Source: a virus
Virus record (IMG/VR): IMGVR_UViG_3300009158_000001
Coordinates: 96,001 to 160,000 of that record
Strand: one strand, 5' to 3'
DNA: 64,000 nucleotides
The position numbers and the translations under genes were made by a program. The notes below the pieces were generated by a model. It was not told where the DNA came from and did no database searches. It worked only from the letters and a program-made list of their open reading frames with translations. This document shows positions 1 through 10,471 of the stretch, piece after piece (the stretch's first letter is position 1; each line of letters opens with the position of its first letter).

Positions 1-1080
1 CTCCAAGCCAAGCTTAAAGCTTTTAAGCCCTCCCCATGCTCCATCAAGAAAACAATCAAAACAATTGCTTAAGACGTCGTCAAACTCAAAATGAAACTTT
101 CTACCTTTGAATCCTACATTCAAAGGTTCTTTCTTTCCGAACAAATTATCTACATATGAATTTTGCTCGTCTACTGCCCCAAGAGTAGTTTCGATAAAAG
201 AAGCTGAATTCTTTATGTCATTTGCAGAACTTCTAAGTGGAATGATAGCAAGCTTATTTGAGATATTCCCTTCTTTGAGAAAAGCTTCATCATTGTCCCA
301 GTATCCAGTTAACTCATCTAGAGCACCAGCAAAAGTAGTATTCTCGATATCCTTGACTTGGAACTTAGTAAAAAGATAAATTCTATACCCTAATTCTATA
401 CCTGCTCCAGAGCCAGGAGAGATAACTTCTGCTGCTATATATTTAGCATCATTTTTTTTGAAATTATCAAGCAACCAAGTAATTGCTTCTTGCTTAAATT
501 CTTTATGCTTTTCTTCTATGTCAATGTACTTGCCACTGTTACTTTTATAATAAAACTTATTTAAAGCAATGTCTGCCTTAATTTCTGCTAGTTTTTCTTT
601 CTTGTCTTTTATCTTTCTACTTTCAGTATAACTAGCTTGGCCAAGTACATGATTTGGATTATAGAAATCCATTAGTGATTTGTGGTTTTCGTTGTCCACG
701 TCGTATGGCAAATCATAATCAATTGTTTCTAGTTCCTTATCAAGATTGGTAATGAGATTTTCAACCTTAGATTTTAACTCAGAAACTCTTTTTCTATTGT
801 CTTGGCGAAGAAGATTTACAGCTTCTGGATTATAAGCCTCATCATTTGCACCAAAGACTACTTTCTCATCTAAGACTTGGTTATAAACCTGATTCTTTTT
901 AAATGAATTTATTAAGTCAGAGATAACTTTTGAGGCTTGCTCTGGTGTTAAAGTAGAGCCTTTGTTTTGCGCATCTTTAGTTAAGTTGGGGTCAATGACT
1001 GTAACATCAGATAGACTAAGATTCTGAGTTACCTCTTTGTCAATGTTAAGAGGTGGGCGACTAAGTTTTCCAGATCTCAT
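1..1080 (-). CDS. hypothetical protein, partial (runs off window start), probable virion/structural module gene
   Basis: ATG at 1080 overlaps the TAA of the upstream gene (TAATG); begins MRSGKLSRPPLNIDKEV; no stop in the stretches I translated (not every codon was checked). Confidence 0.75.
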   Translation of the reverse strand, partial: MRSGKLSRPPLNIDKEVTQNLSLSDVTVIDPNLTKDAQNKGSTLTPEQASKVISDLINSFKKNQVYNQVLDEKVVFGANDEAYNPEAVNLLRQDNRKRVSELKSKVENLITNLDKELETIDYDLPYDVDNENHKSLMDFYNPNHVLGQASYTESRKIKDKKEKLAEIKADIALNKFYYKSNSGKYIDIEEKHKEFKQEAITWLLDNFKKNDAKYIAAEVISPGSGAGIELGYRIYLFTKFQVKDIENTTFAGALDELTGYWDNDEAFLKEGNISNKLAIIPLRSSANDIKNSASFIETTLGAVDEQNSYVDNLFGKKEPLNVGFKGRKFHFEFDDVLSNCFDCFLDGAWGGLKSFKLGLE

Positions 1081-1511
1081 TATGCAATCTCCGCAGCAGT
1101 AATAACAATGTTAGATTCTGTTAGATATTTTGCACCAGTACCTCTTGGTACGTAAATACGAAGAGCAAAATAAACAGATGACTCTTCTCCCTTGGGAATA
1201 GAAGTAAGTGTTATAGAATTACTGTAAGGTACGTTCTCCCAGAGCTCAAGGCTAGGAATATCAGTTAGTGTTTCAATTGCTAGTAGTTGATAATATATTC
1301 CAGTCTGCTCAGAGATAGGAAGATCTTGACCAGCATTATCTTTTAAGGAAATAGTTATATTGCTATAACCTTTACTATAGTCGCTTATATTGGACAAGTA
1401 GAATTTACTTATTTGATAGGTACCATCAGTTGTGTCGTGGTACGAAACAATAGGATTTTCATTGTTATTGATTTCTGAATCATCAATGACAGTGTAGAGT
1501 TTTAAAGCCAT
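1080..1511 (-). CDS. hypothetical beta-rich virion protein
   Basis: 143-aa ORF with GAGGA SD, directly downstream of terminase. Confidence 0.7.
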   Translation of the reverse strand: MALKLYTVIDDSEINNNENPIVSYHDTTDGTYQISKFYLSNISDYSKGYSNITISLKDNAGQDLPISEQTGIYYQLLAIETLTDIPSLELWENVPYSNSITLTSIPKGEESSVYFALRIYVPRGTGAKYLTESNIVITAAEIA

Positions 1512-1518
1512 GTGTCCT

Positions 1519-3660
1519 CTATTTAATAGTTCGACCGCTAGGTCGTTGGTAGTTGTGTCGTGAGTTAAACACTGGAGCTATTGCTTGTCCCATGTTTCCT
1601 TTTCCGTCTCTAGTAACAATCATATCTCTTTCCCAGGCCCTTCTATCAAGGTCACTGTAGTGTTCTGTTGTCTTTTGGTAAGGACCAGAACCATTTTTCC
1701 TGCTATCTATAGCAGAGTTTCTTTCATTTTGCAAGTGTCTTAGTAACTCGCCACCTGTTAATTTCTTGCCATAAGGATCTTGATTCTGATCATTTAGCAT
1801 TGAATGGCCAAGCGTCTCAGTTATTCCAAAGTTAGAAACCATTCCCTTAGACATAGCTAAAGGTCCTTCTTCTATAGTAAAAGCTACAAGGCTAAGCATA
1901 AATGCGTCCAGAGCATGGTCACCAATGCTAGTATTGTCTTGTCCAAATACAGGAGTTCCGTTTGGCTGACGAGACTTAATAATATAGTTAAGTAGTTGTT
2001 TTCTAAGCAATTCATCTTCAAAGGAAAACCTAACAATCTTGTCTTCAAATCTTCTGACTGCGTTCTCTACTAGAAATGGCTTAGCCGGGTGTTCAACAAT
2101 TCTCCCCGTTGACGGTTCTCTTATAGAAACTTTGCTACCAAAGTCATAAGCCTTTACTTTTCTTTGAACATTAAATTCGTATGTGCCCGCTTTCTGCTGA
2201 GAGGACCACATTTTGAGTGTCTCCCATTGAGTAGCACCGTGTCCTTTGTCAACATAGATATGTTGAGGTTGCCAGAAACTTAAAAGTTCTGTTATTTTCT
2301 GGAGACCTTGCAACTGTGTAAAGTTTTGCTTTGGAACATTTATAATTTCCATTACCTGTAATCCAACTTGCGGATGAAATCCAGTTATACATATCCAAGT
2401 ACCAAAGCTAGTATTCCAGTCAACTCCTAGACTAAATCTAAATCCAGTAAGATCTCCTTTCATTTTTGCTTCTCTCATCTGACTATAACTATAGCCATCC
2501 ATAGCACTAGCAACTAATGGAGCAGCAAAGACGCCATCTGCATTGCTAATAAACATAGCCATGACTTCCTGCAACCAACTGTCACTTGTATACTCGCGCC
2601 TCATTTCGTTTCTTAATGATCTCCAACTAATCTTTGTCTGTGCAAAAGGAGTTTCATCAATAACTGCAGTTGGAAAATAGAATTCTTTCCAGTCTACTGC
2701 TTCTTGGCACCATTCATAAAACTTGCTACGAAGACCACTTGGAGTAGATGCAGCTCTTATTAAGCAATCACTGTGAGACTGTGCAATAGGAAGGATTGTA
2801 GTAAAGTCCTTCTCAGTCATATAATCAACCTCATCAAGAATAATAACGTGGGCATCCTGACCACGGACTGCACTAGCACCATTACTGCCAGTCGTGAATC
2901 CAGAGATAATTGCGCCATTATCAAGTCTTAACTGATGATAAGGTGACTGCTTATATCTAAACTCTTTTTTAAGACTAAGGTTGCTATTAAGCAATTCAAG
3001 TATTCTATTAAATATTGCAGTTACTTGAGAATCAAAAGGGCAACAAACAAGAATCTTGATTCCATTGACTTTCTCTTTTATGTCTTCGTCAAAGTATTCT
3101 CTGATTCGAGTAAAAGCATGAAACAATATTTCAATAGCCAAAGCATCTGACTTCCCAGATCTTCTACCAAACCTATAAACCTTTTTCTTACTTTGACATC
3201 TTAAGGCAATCTCTTGATGTGCTCTAGGTTTCCAGTTAAACATTTTACTAGCAAATGTGACGGGATCAGTATTGATGACTAATGCGTCCTTCTCTTCAGG
3301 TGAAAGTTCACTAGCAAATTCTGAGTACTGTTCTAGGTAGTCCTCTGGTATTAGTGGGCAACTAATCTGAAAAGCATGAGTGGGAAAAGTCTTTGGATCA
3401 GCTTTAACCTTTCTCTTGCTTTCAATGGGATGTGTTGGATAGTCTTTCTTGTATTTCTCAATATGAGATACTTGACAGTTCTGGCATCCTACTGTGCACT
3501 TTGCATTTGTTTTAGTTTTTGTGCGAAGACCATAGTTCTCAATATAATCTTGCAAAAACCCAGAGTCTATTTTTGTCCAGTAGTCTACATAAGAAACATC
3601 TACACTCTCCGTATCAACTTTCTTAAATAGATCTTCTAATTTTAATATTTTATTTTTCAT
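1519..3660 (-). CDS. terL: terminase large subunit
   Basis: Walker A RFGRRSGKS, Walker B VIILDE, ASTP coupling motif, RNaseH-like nuclease GVDWN...DHALDA; start moved to ATG 3660, right after the upstream stop. Confidence 0.93.
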   Translation of the reverse strand: MKNKILKLEDLFKKVDTESVDVSYVDYWTKIDSGFLQDYIENYGLRTKTKTNAKCTVGCQNCQVSHIEKYKKDYPTHPIESKRKVKADPKTFPTHAFQISCPLIPEDYLEQYSEFASELSPEEKDALVINTDPVTFASKMFNWKPRAHQEIALRCQSKKKVYRFGRRSGKSDALAIEILFHAFTRIREYFDEDIKEKVNGIKILVCCPFDSQVTAIFNRILELLNSNLSLKKEFRYKQSPYHQLRLDNGAIISGFTTGSNGASAVRGQDAHVIILDEVDYMTEKDFTTILPIAQSHSDCLIRAASTPSGLRSKFYEWCQEAVDWKEFYFPTAVIDETPFAQTKISWRSLRNEMRREYTSDSWLQEVMAMFISNADGVFAAPLVASAMDGYSYSQMREAKMKGDLTGFRFSLGVDWNTSFGTWICITGFHPQVGLQVMEIINVPKQNFTQLQGLQKITELLSFWQPQHIYVDKGHGATQWETLKMWSSQQKAGTYEFNVQRKVKAYDFGSKVSIREPSTGRIVEHPAKPFLVENAVRRFEDKIVRFSFEDELLRKQLLNYIIKSRQPNGTPVFGQDNTSIGDHALDAFMLSLVAFTIEEGPLAMSKGMVSNFGITETLGHSMLNDQNQDPYGKKLTGGELLRHLQNERNSAIDSRKNGSGPYQKTTEHYSDLDRRAWERDMIVTRDGKGNMGQAIAPVFNSRHNYQRPSGRTIK

Positions 3661-3661
3661 A

Positions 3662-6600
3662 CTAAAATGATAGCATTTGTCTACTTCCCCAAACCTTTGT
3701 TGTTGTTGCATATCTTGATCTTGGAGCACTTAACATTGATGCTTCACTTCCTAGATGTCTTAAAGTCGAGAATTGAGACTGCTCCATTGCTTTCAAACTC
3801 CGGCCTCTCATTGTAGCAGGAACACTGCCAGAAAAACTTGAGACTCCTTTTGCCCAACTTGTTTTCTGTGATCTCATAGACTGTAAGTATTGATTCCCTT
3901 CGTTTCTGACATCAAAAATCTTAAAAGCAGCATATCCTATACCAACTAGCGCCCCTGCGCCCATTACCCCTGCCGCGCCATTAAGAAGTAGAGTTCCTGC
4001 AACTTTATTAAATATGGCTGCCGAAAGATAGCCAGTAATTGCTCCTTTTATTCCTCCAATCAATCCTTCTTTTTGGTAACCGTGTATAGCATCTTTTGCT
4101 GCAAAATATAAAGACATAGCACCCGGAAACAAAGTGCCAACACCACCCCATCTTGCCAAGAATTTATTTACACTTGAACCTTTTCCGCCTAAAGCTCTAT
4201 AGGCAGTTCGTCTAGTGCCACTGCCAAGTCCTTGTGAGTTCATTATGTAGTGATCCCAAGCTTGGTATAACTCCTTCTCACTCCTAACAGTAGCCCAACC
4301 TTCTATTCCCCCATTTCTTGCAATGCCAGGGGCCGCATACTTTCCTGTGCCATTTGCGTTCCATACTCTACCCCATTTAGTATCGATGACACCGCCAGTA
4401 GTACTTTGTCGTCTAACATATCCCCAGTCGTTAATGACTGATGACATACTGCCAGCAAGTCCTCTAGTAGTTAATTCAAGTTCATTCTCAATAAGAGAAG
4501 CTCTTCCTCCTATGAGATCCCTTCCGGTTGGAATTCTAAATCGAGGTGCTTTGTCTCCTAAAGCTTCCTCAGCAAACTCTCCTATCTTCTTTTCCGATTT
4601 AGCTACCCTAGAAGACCAAGCTTTCCAGCCAGCGATAGCAATACCAGTACCAGCAACCGCTGCAATTACTGGCATAATATTACTGCCTCCTGCGGCCCCT
4701 CCTAATTCTGCAGCTTTTGCAGTTGCGGGTAAACCTACCAGAAGAGCAACCGCACCTCCTGCGCCAAAGATTTTTAAGAATTTACCAAAGAAACCTTTTT
4801 TGCCAGCAACCTCAACAGTCTCTTCAATTGCTGATTCTATTGCGCCTTTGGGAACAGTTCTTTTTACTTTACCAGCTCTAACTCTTTTCTTAAAGTTCTC
4901 AACAGCGTCTCTACCGCTGGCAAAAAAAGATTTCTTAGCATTTGCTTCTTTTGGAAGTAATTCTTCAACATAATCAGGAGCCGTCATTGTATTAACAATT
5001 GAATTCTTATCATAACTATCTGGATTGATATTCAATGCCGGATTTATAGTTGGATCTATAGCCTGAGCAAGAACAAGTGCACCTTTTTCATCTACTGCAT
5101 AAAGTCCTGTCCCATTAGCAATCGCGTGCGTACTGTCATTCATCTTGTGGCCAGGGTTTATATTGAAATAGTGTTGATAGATGGGATGGCCTGCAATGAG
5201 ATCTATATCATCTATAGATGTCACCATAAGAACTCTTAAAACTTCCTGAGCATCTCTTGTAAGTTTGCCTTTGTCAATGTATGCACCAGTCAACATCCAT
5301 TTTAACTCTTGGAGGCCCCTCGCTTTCATAATATCTGGGTCGTCAAGTTGGTTCGTCAACCGAAGATGTCCATAGCGCTCAAAAACTTTATTAACCTTTG
5401 CTTCTATATCGGCCATATGTTCATAAAGGGTTTTTTCTTCACTTGTTTTTATAAGTTCAATGCCAAGATCAGTATTCGCATTTTGATGAAAAATTTCCGA
5501 GCTTATGTGTCTACCCTCATCGCTCCTCACAAAATTATAAGTCTCCTCAGAATTCATAAAATTAGCTGCTGTGGGTTTTCCTGTTGTTGGATTTGGTCTT
5601 CCTCCCAACAACATTCTTACATGCTCTACTTGCTCTACCAGCTTTTGCTGTCTTGGTGACCTCTCTGCGGGTGCCGTCATAAGAATCTTTTCCCATCCAT
5701 GCATTGATTGAGATTGTCTTGTAAACGCTAATCGTCCAGCATTTGTTTCATTAGGCCTATAAAAAAAGGTTAAACGCTGAAACCCGCGTGGTGCAGGCAT
5801 TAACATTCCTCTTTTATTAAATCTTTTATTAATTCTTGATAATTTTAATCTATCTTCAAATTCTTTTATAGGTAAACGAACTGAAGACTCACGAATGGGA
5901 CCATACTTTGCCTTGCGAAGTCTGTCACGTTCAGGATACCTTCCTTCTCTGGTTTTTCTGAAAGATTTAAATTTCTCTTTTCTTTCTTTCTTTAGCCTTT
6001 GAGCTCTTTCTTTCTTTCTTTTTTCTCGTATCTCAAGTTGTTTTTCTTTTGTTTGTCTAGGGTATTTCCTTCGAAGTTTTCTTTTTCTCTCTATTGCCTC
6101 GCTTTGTACCTTTGCTTTGGCCATTTTTTTCTTTCGTCGCTCAAGATCACGAAGCTCTAACCTACGTTCTTGAGATGAAAGTCCGCTATTATTAATCCTG
6201 TCATTCTCATATCTGAGTGTTTGTTCTTCTAAGTACTTACTGTGGGCTTTTTTATTTATAGGCATCCAATCAGTATGTTTTTTAGTATCAAAAGGCTGAT
6301 CAACACCTTCTTTGTCGAGAGCGTGTAAAGCTTTTTTTCTGTCAAATTTTAAAGCTGACCTGTCAAGTACGGCACCAACAGTCCCACCTCTATGATGGCC
6401 TAGGCCATCAACTGTAAAGAAATCATAACCAAGATCTCTTATTGCATCTTGGGTAACTTTATTTTCAAGAGCATACCATTTACCTTGCTGTATTTTCTCT
6501 TGAAGGCTATTGACAGCTCTTTCCCCAAGTGCAGGATTTGTTGATCCCCATTCTCCATCACGTAAAAATTCAGCAGCGGATCCTTCTGCCGACTGGCCAC

Positions 6601-7264
6601 CAGCAGTGGCGCGCCTCATTTCTGCAGTTTCTTCTTTGGTATAAACTTCTCCTCTTAATACAGCGTGAAGTCTATCACTTAACTCTGCAACATGCGTTGG
6701 GTCATGGTGGTTGAAGACTTTTTTTGGACTAACTCGTCCTTCATACATCCATTTTGTATGAAGATTTTCCATGGTCTCCGACCGTAAAAAACTCTGCGAT
6801 GTAAATTCGCTATGACTGACAAAGACTGCATTTGCTGTTCGCGCGCCGCCTGTGTCAAATCCCGCTGCATTTGCTATATTTCCACCGGGTCTTCTTTGAC
6901 CATGGAACACAGGTGTTTCTTCCCAATATTTTTCAATAGTTGGAGGAAAACTTTCTTGTGGATTTGCTCTTACATCTTCTCTTGTTAAACGATAATGATC
7001 CTTTGCTCTTCCCCAGCCAGGAACATCTTCACCAACCATTTGATCTTCAGTCCAGCCAGCATATCTTCTCATTGCAACTTCATGACGTTTCATGGCGGCT
7101 TCGCTGCGCGGTTGAACTTCAGGTCCGACTGGACCAGACTTCAACTGTTGTCGCCAGCTTGAAGGACTCACTGTATCAATGCCCTTCATATAGTCTGGGC
7201 TTAAAACGCTAAGTACTTTTTTTTGCTCTACAGCTTCTTTTCGTCCTATAGGGCGTGTTTTCAT
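3662..7264 (-). CDS. large virion-associated protein: N-terminal ART-PolyVal-like domain, basic linker, shared C-terminal domain
   Basis: PVFHG...AVFVS...MYEGRV...LGYD pattern; C-terminal ~280 aa clearly paralogous to the next two ORFs. Confidence 0.6.
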   Translation of the reverse strand: MKTRPIGRKEAVEQKKVLSVLSPDYMKGIDTVSPSSWRQQLKSGPVGPEVQPRSEAAMKRHEVAMRRYAGWTEDQMVGEDVPGWGRAKDHYRLTREDVRANPQESFPPTIEKYWEETPVFHGQRRPGGNIANAAGFDTGGARTANAVFVSHSEFTSQSFLRSETMENLHTKWMYEGRVSPKKVFNHHDPTHVAELSDRLHAVLRGEVYTKEETAEMRRATAGGQSAEGSAAEFLRDGEWGSTNPALGERAVNSLQEKIQQGKWYALENKVTQDAIRDLGYDFFTVDGLGHHRGGTVGAVLDRSALKFDRKKALHALDKEGVDQPFDTKKHTDWMPINKKAHSKYLEEQTLRYENDRINNSGLSSQERRLELRDLERRKKKMAKAKVQSEAIERKRKLRRKYPRQTKEKQLEIREKRKKERAQRLKKERKEKFKSFRKTREGRYPERDRLRKAKYGPIRESSVRLPIKEFEDRLKLSRINKRFNKRGMLMPAPRGFQRLTFFYRPNETNAGRLAFTRQSQSMHGWEKILMTAPAERSPRQQKLVEQVEHVRMLLGGRPNPTTGKPTAANFMNSEETYNFVRSDEGRHISSEIFHQNANTDLGIELIKTSEEKTLYEHMADIEAKVNKVFERYGHLRLTNQLDDPDIMKARGLQELKWMLTGAYIDKGKLTRDAQEVLRVLMVTSIDDIDLIAGHPIYQHYFNINPGHKMNDSTHAIANGTGLYAVDEKGALVLAQAIDPTINPALNINPDSYDKNSIVNTMTAPDYVEELLPKEANAKKSFFASGRDAVENFKKRVRAGKVKRTVPKGAIESAIEETVEVAGKKGFFGKFLKIFGAGGAVALLVGLPATAKAAELGGAAGGSNIMPVIAAVAGTGIAIAGWKAWSSRVAKSEKKIGEFAEEALGDKAPRFRIPTGRDLIGGRASLIENELELTTRGLAGSMSSVINDWGYVRRQSTTGGVIDTKWGRVWNANGTGKYAAPGIARNGGIEGWATVRSEKELYQAWDHYIMNSQGLGSGTRRTAYRALGGKGSSVNKFLARWGGVGTLFPGAMSLYFAAKDAIHGYQKEGLIGGIKGAITGYLSAAIFNKVAGTLLLNGAAGVMGAGALVGIGYAAFKIFDVRNEGNQYLQSMRSQKTSWAKGVSSFSGSVPATMRGRSLKAMEQSQFSTLRHLGSEASMLSAPRSRYATTTKVWGSRQMLSF

Positions 7265-7274
7265 TTTAGTTTCC

Positions 7275-10200
7275 TTAGTAAGACATCATTGGGGAACTAT
7301 TACCCATTATAGTATTACTTGCGTATCTACTTCTAGGTGAGGTAATCATATAGGCTTCATTGCCTAAGCTCTTCATAGAGGAGTACTTTGAATTTTCTAT
7401 TGCCGCAATTGCGCGTTGTCTCATTGTTGCAACAGTTGAACTAGCAATAGACATACTAACATTTGTTGTCCAACTTGTACGTTGTCTGTTGTTTTGCAAA
7501 TATAGATTGCCCTCTGTCATTACCTCAAACATTCTTTTACTTGCGTACCCAACAGCACCAAGAACGCCCAAGGCTGCCGTCCCAGCAATAGGATTAAGTA
7601 ATGCGCTTCCTATTATTCTATTAGTTATAGCTGCCTTTAAGTATCCCTGTGCTGCTCCCGTTATCCCTCCCATAATGCCATTTTTATCATAGCCTTCTAC
7701 CGCATCTTTACCTGCAAAATACAAAGCAATACCTGTAGGAAGAACAGTACCAAATCCGCCCATTCTAGCAAGCCATCTATTTGCACTTGAATTTTTACCG
7801 CCTAAAAGACCATAGGCAAATCTTCTAGTACCAGATCCCAATCCTTTGCTATTAGTTATATAATCGTCCCATTGCGAATAAAGTTCTCTTTTGCCGGAAA
7901 CTCTCATCCATCCTTCTTCTGAAGGAGCAACGTATCTGCCCAATCCCTTTGTAGTCCATGCTCTGCCCCATCTTGTATCAATGGTTCCACCTGTTGCAGA
8001 CTCTCGACGATTAAAGCCCCATTCGTTAATAATGGATGACATGCTACCTGCAAGTCCTTTGGTCGTAAGCTCTAGCTCGCGTTCAATAAAGCCACCTCGA
8101 CTAGAGGCTACGCTCATAATACTTGGAATTTTTCCTAACGCAGAACCAACTGAAGAAGTTAACCTAGATCTTGTTGCTGGATTAATTCTAGAGTAACCAA
8201 ATGCAAGAGCACCAACAGCTGCTATTCCTCCTAGGACTGCAAGTCCTCCTGCTCCTGAGGAAGAACCTGCTGCTGCGCCTAAAGTACTTGCACTTGCAAC
8301 AGAAGGCAAACCAACGCCAACGCCTACGGCAAGTAAAGCTCCAAGTATTCCTTTGTTAGAAAGTTTTTCTCTTATTTCTCCAGCTAATTTCTTTGCGCCC
8401 TTTCTTTTAACAAAATTTCTAACTGCTTCTGAATAGGACCTTCTTACAGCCTTGGCAGTGTCACCTATTTTTAAGACCTGAGGGCCAGTTTCGCCAGAGG
8501 CAGCTCGGCGAAGCGAAGTTGATTCTTCTATCCTGGTGTCCATAGTACGTAAAGAGTCTACGAATTCATCGTACTCGCGGCTATCTCTGAATGAGCCCTG
8601 AAAAGTAGATATAAGCCTTTGCTCGTCTCCAGAAAACTGTAAATTATTCGAGGCTCGGCGATAAACTTTCATTTCATCTGCGTATTGCGCTTTTAAAGCT
8701 TCTGTTTGTCCAAAATCTCCTCTAGCCTGTGCTTCTTTTATTGCTTCTGTAGGAGCAACAGGCTGAGTGGGTAACTCCGCACCATACAGTAATTTTTCAA
8801 ATTCTTTTTTAAAAGCTATGACTTCTTCATCATTTGCTAGCTCTGACTCTTTCCATTTTATAGGATTATCCAGTATAGCCTCATCAGTGCCTGGTATATA
8901 GTCTTCAGGATGCTTAACTTTACCAGCATAGTAATCGTGCAAAGTTTCTTCAAGTTCTTTCCAACCTACAGGGTCTGCTTCAAATATCTCAGGACTTAGT
9001 CTGGCTTGATCGCCAATATTGTCATATAGAATATCCCATGTCTCAGTCTCAGGATTATGTTTCCATATTCTAACTGGATCAGCAAGAGTAGGCGTTCTTG
9101 GAGGCACCATTGAGTCGGGATTCGGAACTTCTTTTTGGTGCATACTAAGCCACGTACTTTCGTCGTACGCTGACTCAATTAAAATATTTCCTTTTGCAAT
9201 CCTATGATCTGGGTCGCTAGAAGTAAACTGGTCACGAATATATGGAGACAGCCTTGCACCTGGGCTTTTAAAATTTCTTGGCGCAGTTCCACTCGGCCCA
9301 TAGCCAAATTCGGGAGTTCCTTTTGCAAAATAAGGATCTGGTGCAATTCCCCCCTTCAAGGTTACTGATCTTGGTCCAAAAGAATCACGCTCTGCCATTA
9401 ATCCCTGAACGCCACTGCCCCCAGCAAGAGGATCAACGCCAATAATAGTTGCTTTCTCTGGACTTAATTTCCCAGCCTTAACAGCTTTAATATCCTCAAG
9501 TAAATCTTGAGCCCCATGCTCATCAGTAAATCGATAAGCTCTGTCTTCTCGAAATAAAATATCAAAATCAGCTAGTGGAGCAGACGTGCCATGGGCTGCT
9601 CCAGCGGCCGCAGCCGAGTATATTCTTTGATTAGTCTTAGCAATTCTAGTAAGGTTAGTATATTGGCTATTAGCGGGGCCAATGCTAGTAATTTGAGGTT
9701 CAGCTTTTGTCCATTCTGACAAATGCTCTGCAAAGATTTGGCTATTCAAAAACTCAGGAAAAGTTTCCTGTCTCTTATCAGTAAACCTATGAAGTATGCC
9801 TTGCCATCTGTTATTTTCACCTCTACCAAAAAGAGCAAATCCAGGAGATGGAACATTGGCGGTATTTGGATCAATCCCTGCTGTTCGAAGTTTAATATCT
9901 TCTATGCCTGGCGTGTCAAACTGAATAAGAGCTGAACCATATGTTGGGTCTGCTAAAAGTGCCTCACTAGCAATTGGCTTACCTTTTGATACAGTAGCCA
10001 TGATTTCTTGGACACGTGGATCTCGAAAATTCAACTCTCCTGAATTTTCTATCATAGAGTCAAGAAAACCTTGATGAGCATAGGCATAATGTCTTTCTGG
10101 AGTATATAAAAGATTATCAGGTAATCTTTCACCCCCTAGAGCAAGGTCTCCGCCTCGACGTAAGCCAAGATTATACTCGCTTAAAGCTTGGTTTGTTCCA

Positions 10201-10460
10201 AAGAGAGGTTTTCCATATGCAGCTTCTAATTCACGCTCTGTCTTTGCAAACGCCGCCGCAAATCCCTCTCTGCCTTCATCGTATCTTGATGCATAAGGAA
10301 TATCAATTCCTCTGTGCACACTACTTGAATCAAGTGACGAGAAATCACCAAGATTACTGGTAAACGAACGCTTATATAAGTTGAATTTAGGTAGATGGCC
10401 CTGCAATTGGGCAATCGTCTCAGGACTCAACATCCTTGGACCTTTTTTTATTTGACTCAT
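7275..10460 (-). CDS. large virion-associated protein, unknown N-terminal cargo plus shared C-terminal domain
   Basis: 1061 aa; C-terminus IERELELTTKGLAGSMSSIINEWG...TMRQRAIAAIENSKYSSMKSLGNEAYM. Confidence 0.65.
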   Translation of the reverse strand: MSQIKKGPRMLSPETIAQLQGHLPKFNLYKRSFTSNLGDFSSLDSSSVHRGIDIPYASRYDEGREGFAAAFAKTERELEAAYGKPLFGTNQALSEYNLGLRRGGDLALGGERLPDNLLYTPERHYAYAHQGFLDSMIENSGELNFRDPRVQEIMATVSKGKPIASEALLADPTYGSALIQFDTPGIEDIKLRTAGIDPNTANVPSPGFALFGRGENNRWQGILHRFTDKRQETFPEFLNSQIFAEHLSEWTKAEPQITSIGPANSQYTNLTRIAKTNQRIYSAAAAGAAHGTSAPLADFDILFREDRAYRFTDEHGAQDLLEDIKAVKAGKLSPEKATIIGVDPLAGGSGVQGLMAERDSFGPRSVTLKGGIAPDPYFAKGTPEFGYGPSGTAPRNFKSPGARLSPYIRDQFTSSDPDHRIAKGNILIESAYDESTWLSMHQKEVPNPDSMVPPRTPTLADPVRIWKHNPETETWDILYDNIGDQARLSPEIFEADPVGWKELEETLHDYYAGKVKHPEDYIPGTDEAILDNPIKWKESELANDEEVIAFKKEFEKLLYGAELPTQPVAPTEAIKEAQARGDFGQTEALKAQYADEMKVYRRASNNLQFSGDEQRLISTFQGSFRDSREYDEFVDSLRTMDTRIEESTSLRRAASGETGPQVLKIGDTAKAVRRSYSEAVRNFVKRKGAKKLAGEIREKLSNKGILGALLAVGVGVGLPSVASASTLGAAAGSSSGAGGLAVLGGIAAVGALAFGYSRINPATRSRLTSSVGSALGKIPSIMSVASSRGGFIERELELTTKGLAGSMSSIINEWGFNRRESATGGTIDTRWGRAWTTKGLGRYVAPSEEGWMRVSGKRELYSQWDDYITNSKGLGSGTRRFAYGLLGGKNSSANRWLARMGGFGTVLPTGIALYFAGKDAVEGYDKNGIMGGITGAAQGYLKAAITNRIIGSALLNPIAGTAALGVLGAVGYASKRMFEVMTEGNLYLQNNRQRTSWTTNVSMSIASSTVATMRQRAIAAIENSKYSSMKSLGNEAYMITSPRSRYASNTIMGNSSPMMSY

Positions 10461-10471
10461 CTAATCTCCTA

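Noticed and set aside
1519-3729. Intein in terminase, or the longer 736-aa start
   Set aside because: No intein motifs; the extension overlaps the upstream gene, so ATG 3660 is preferred.
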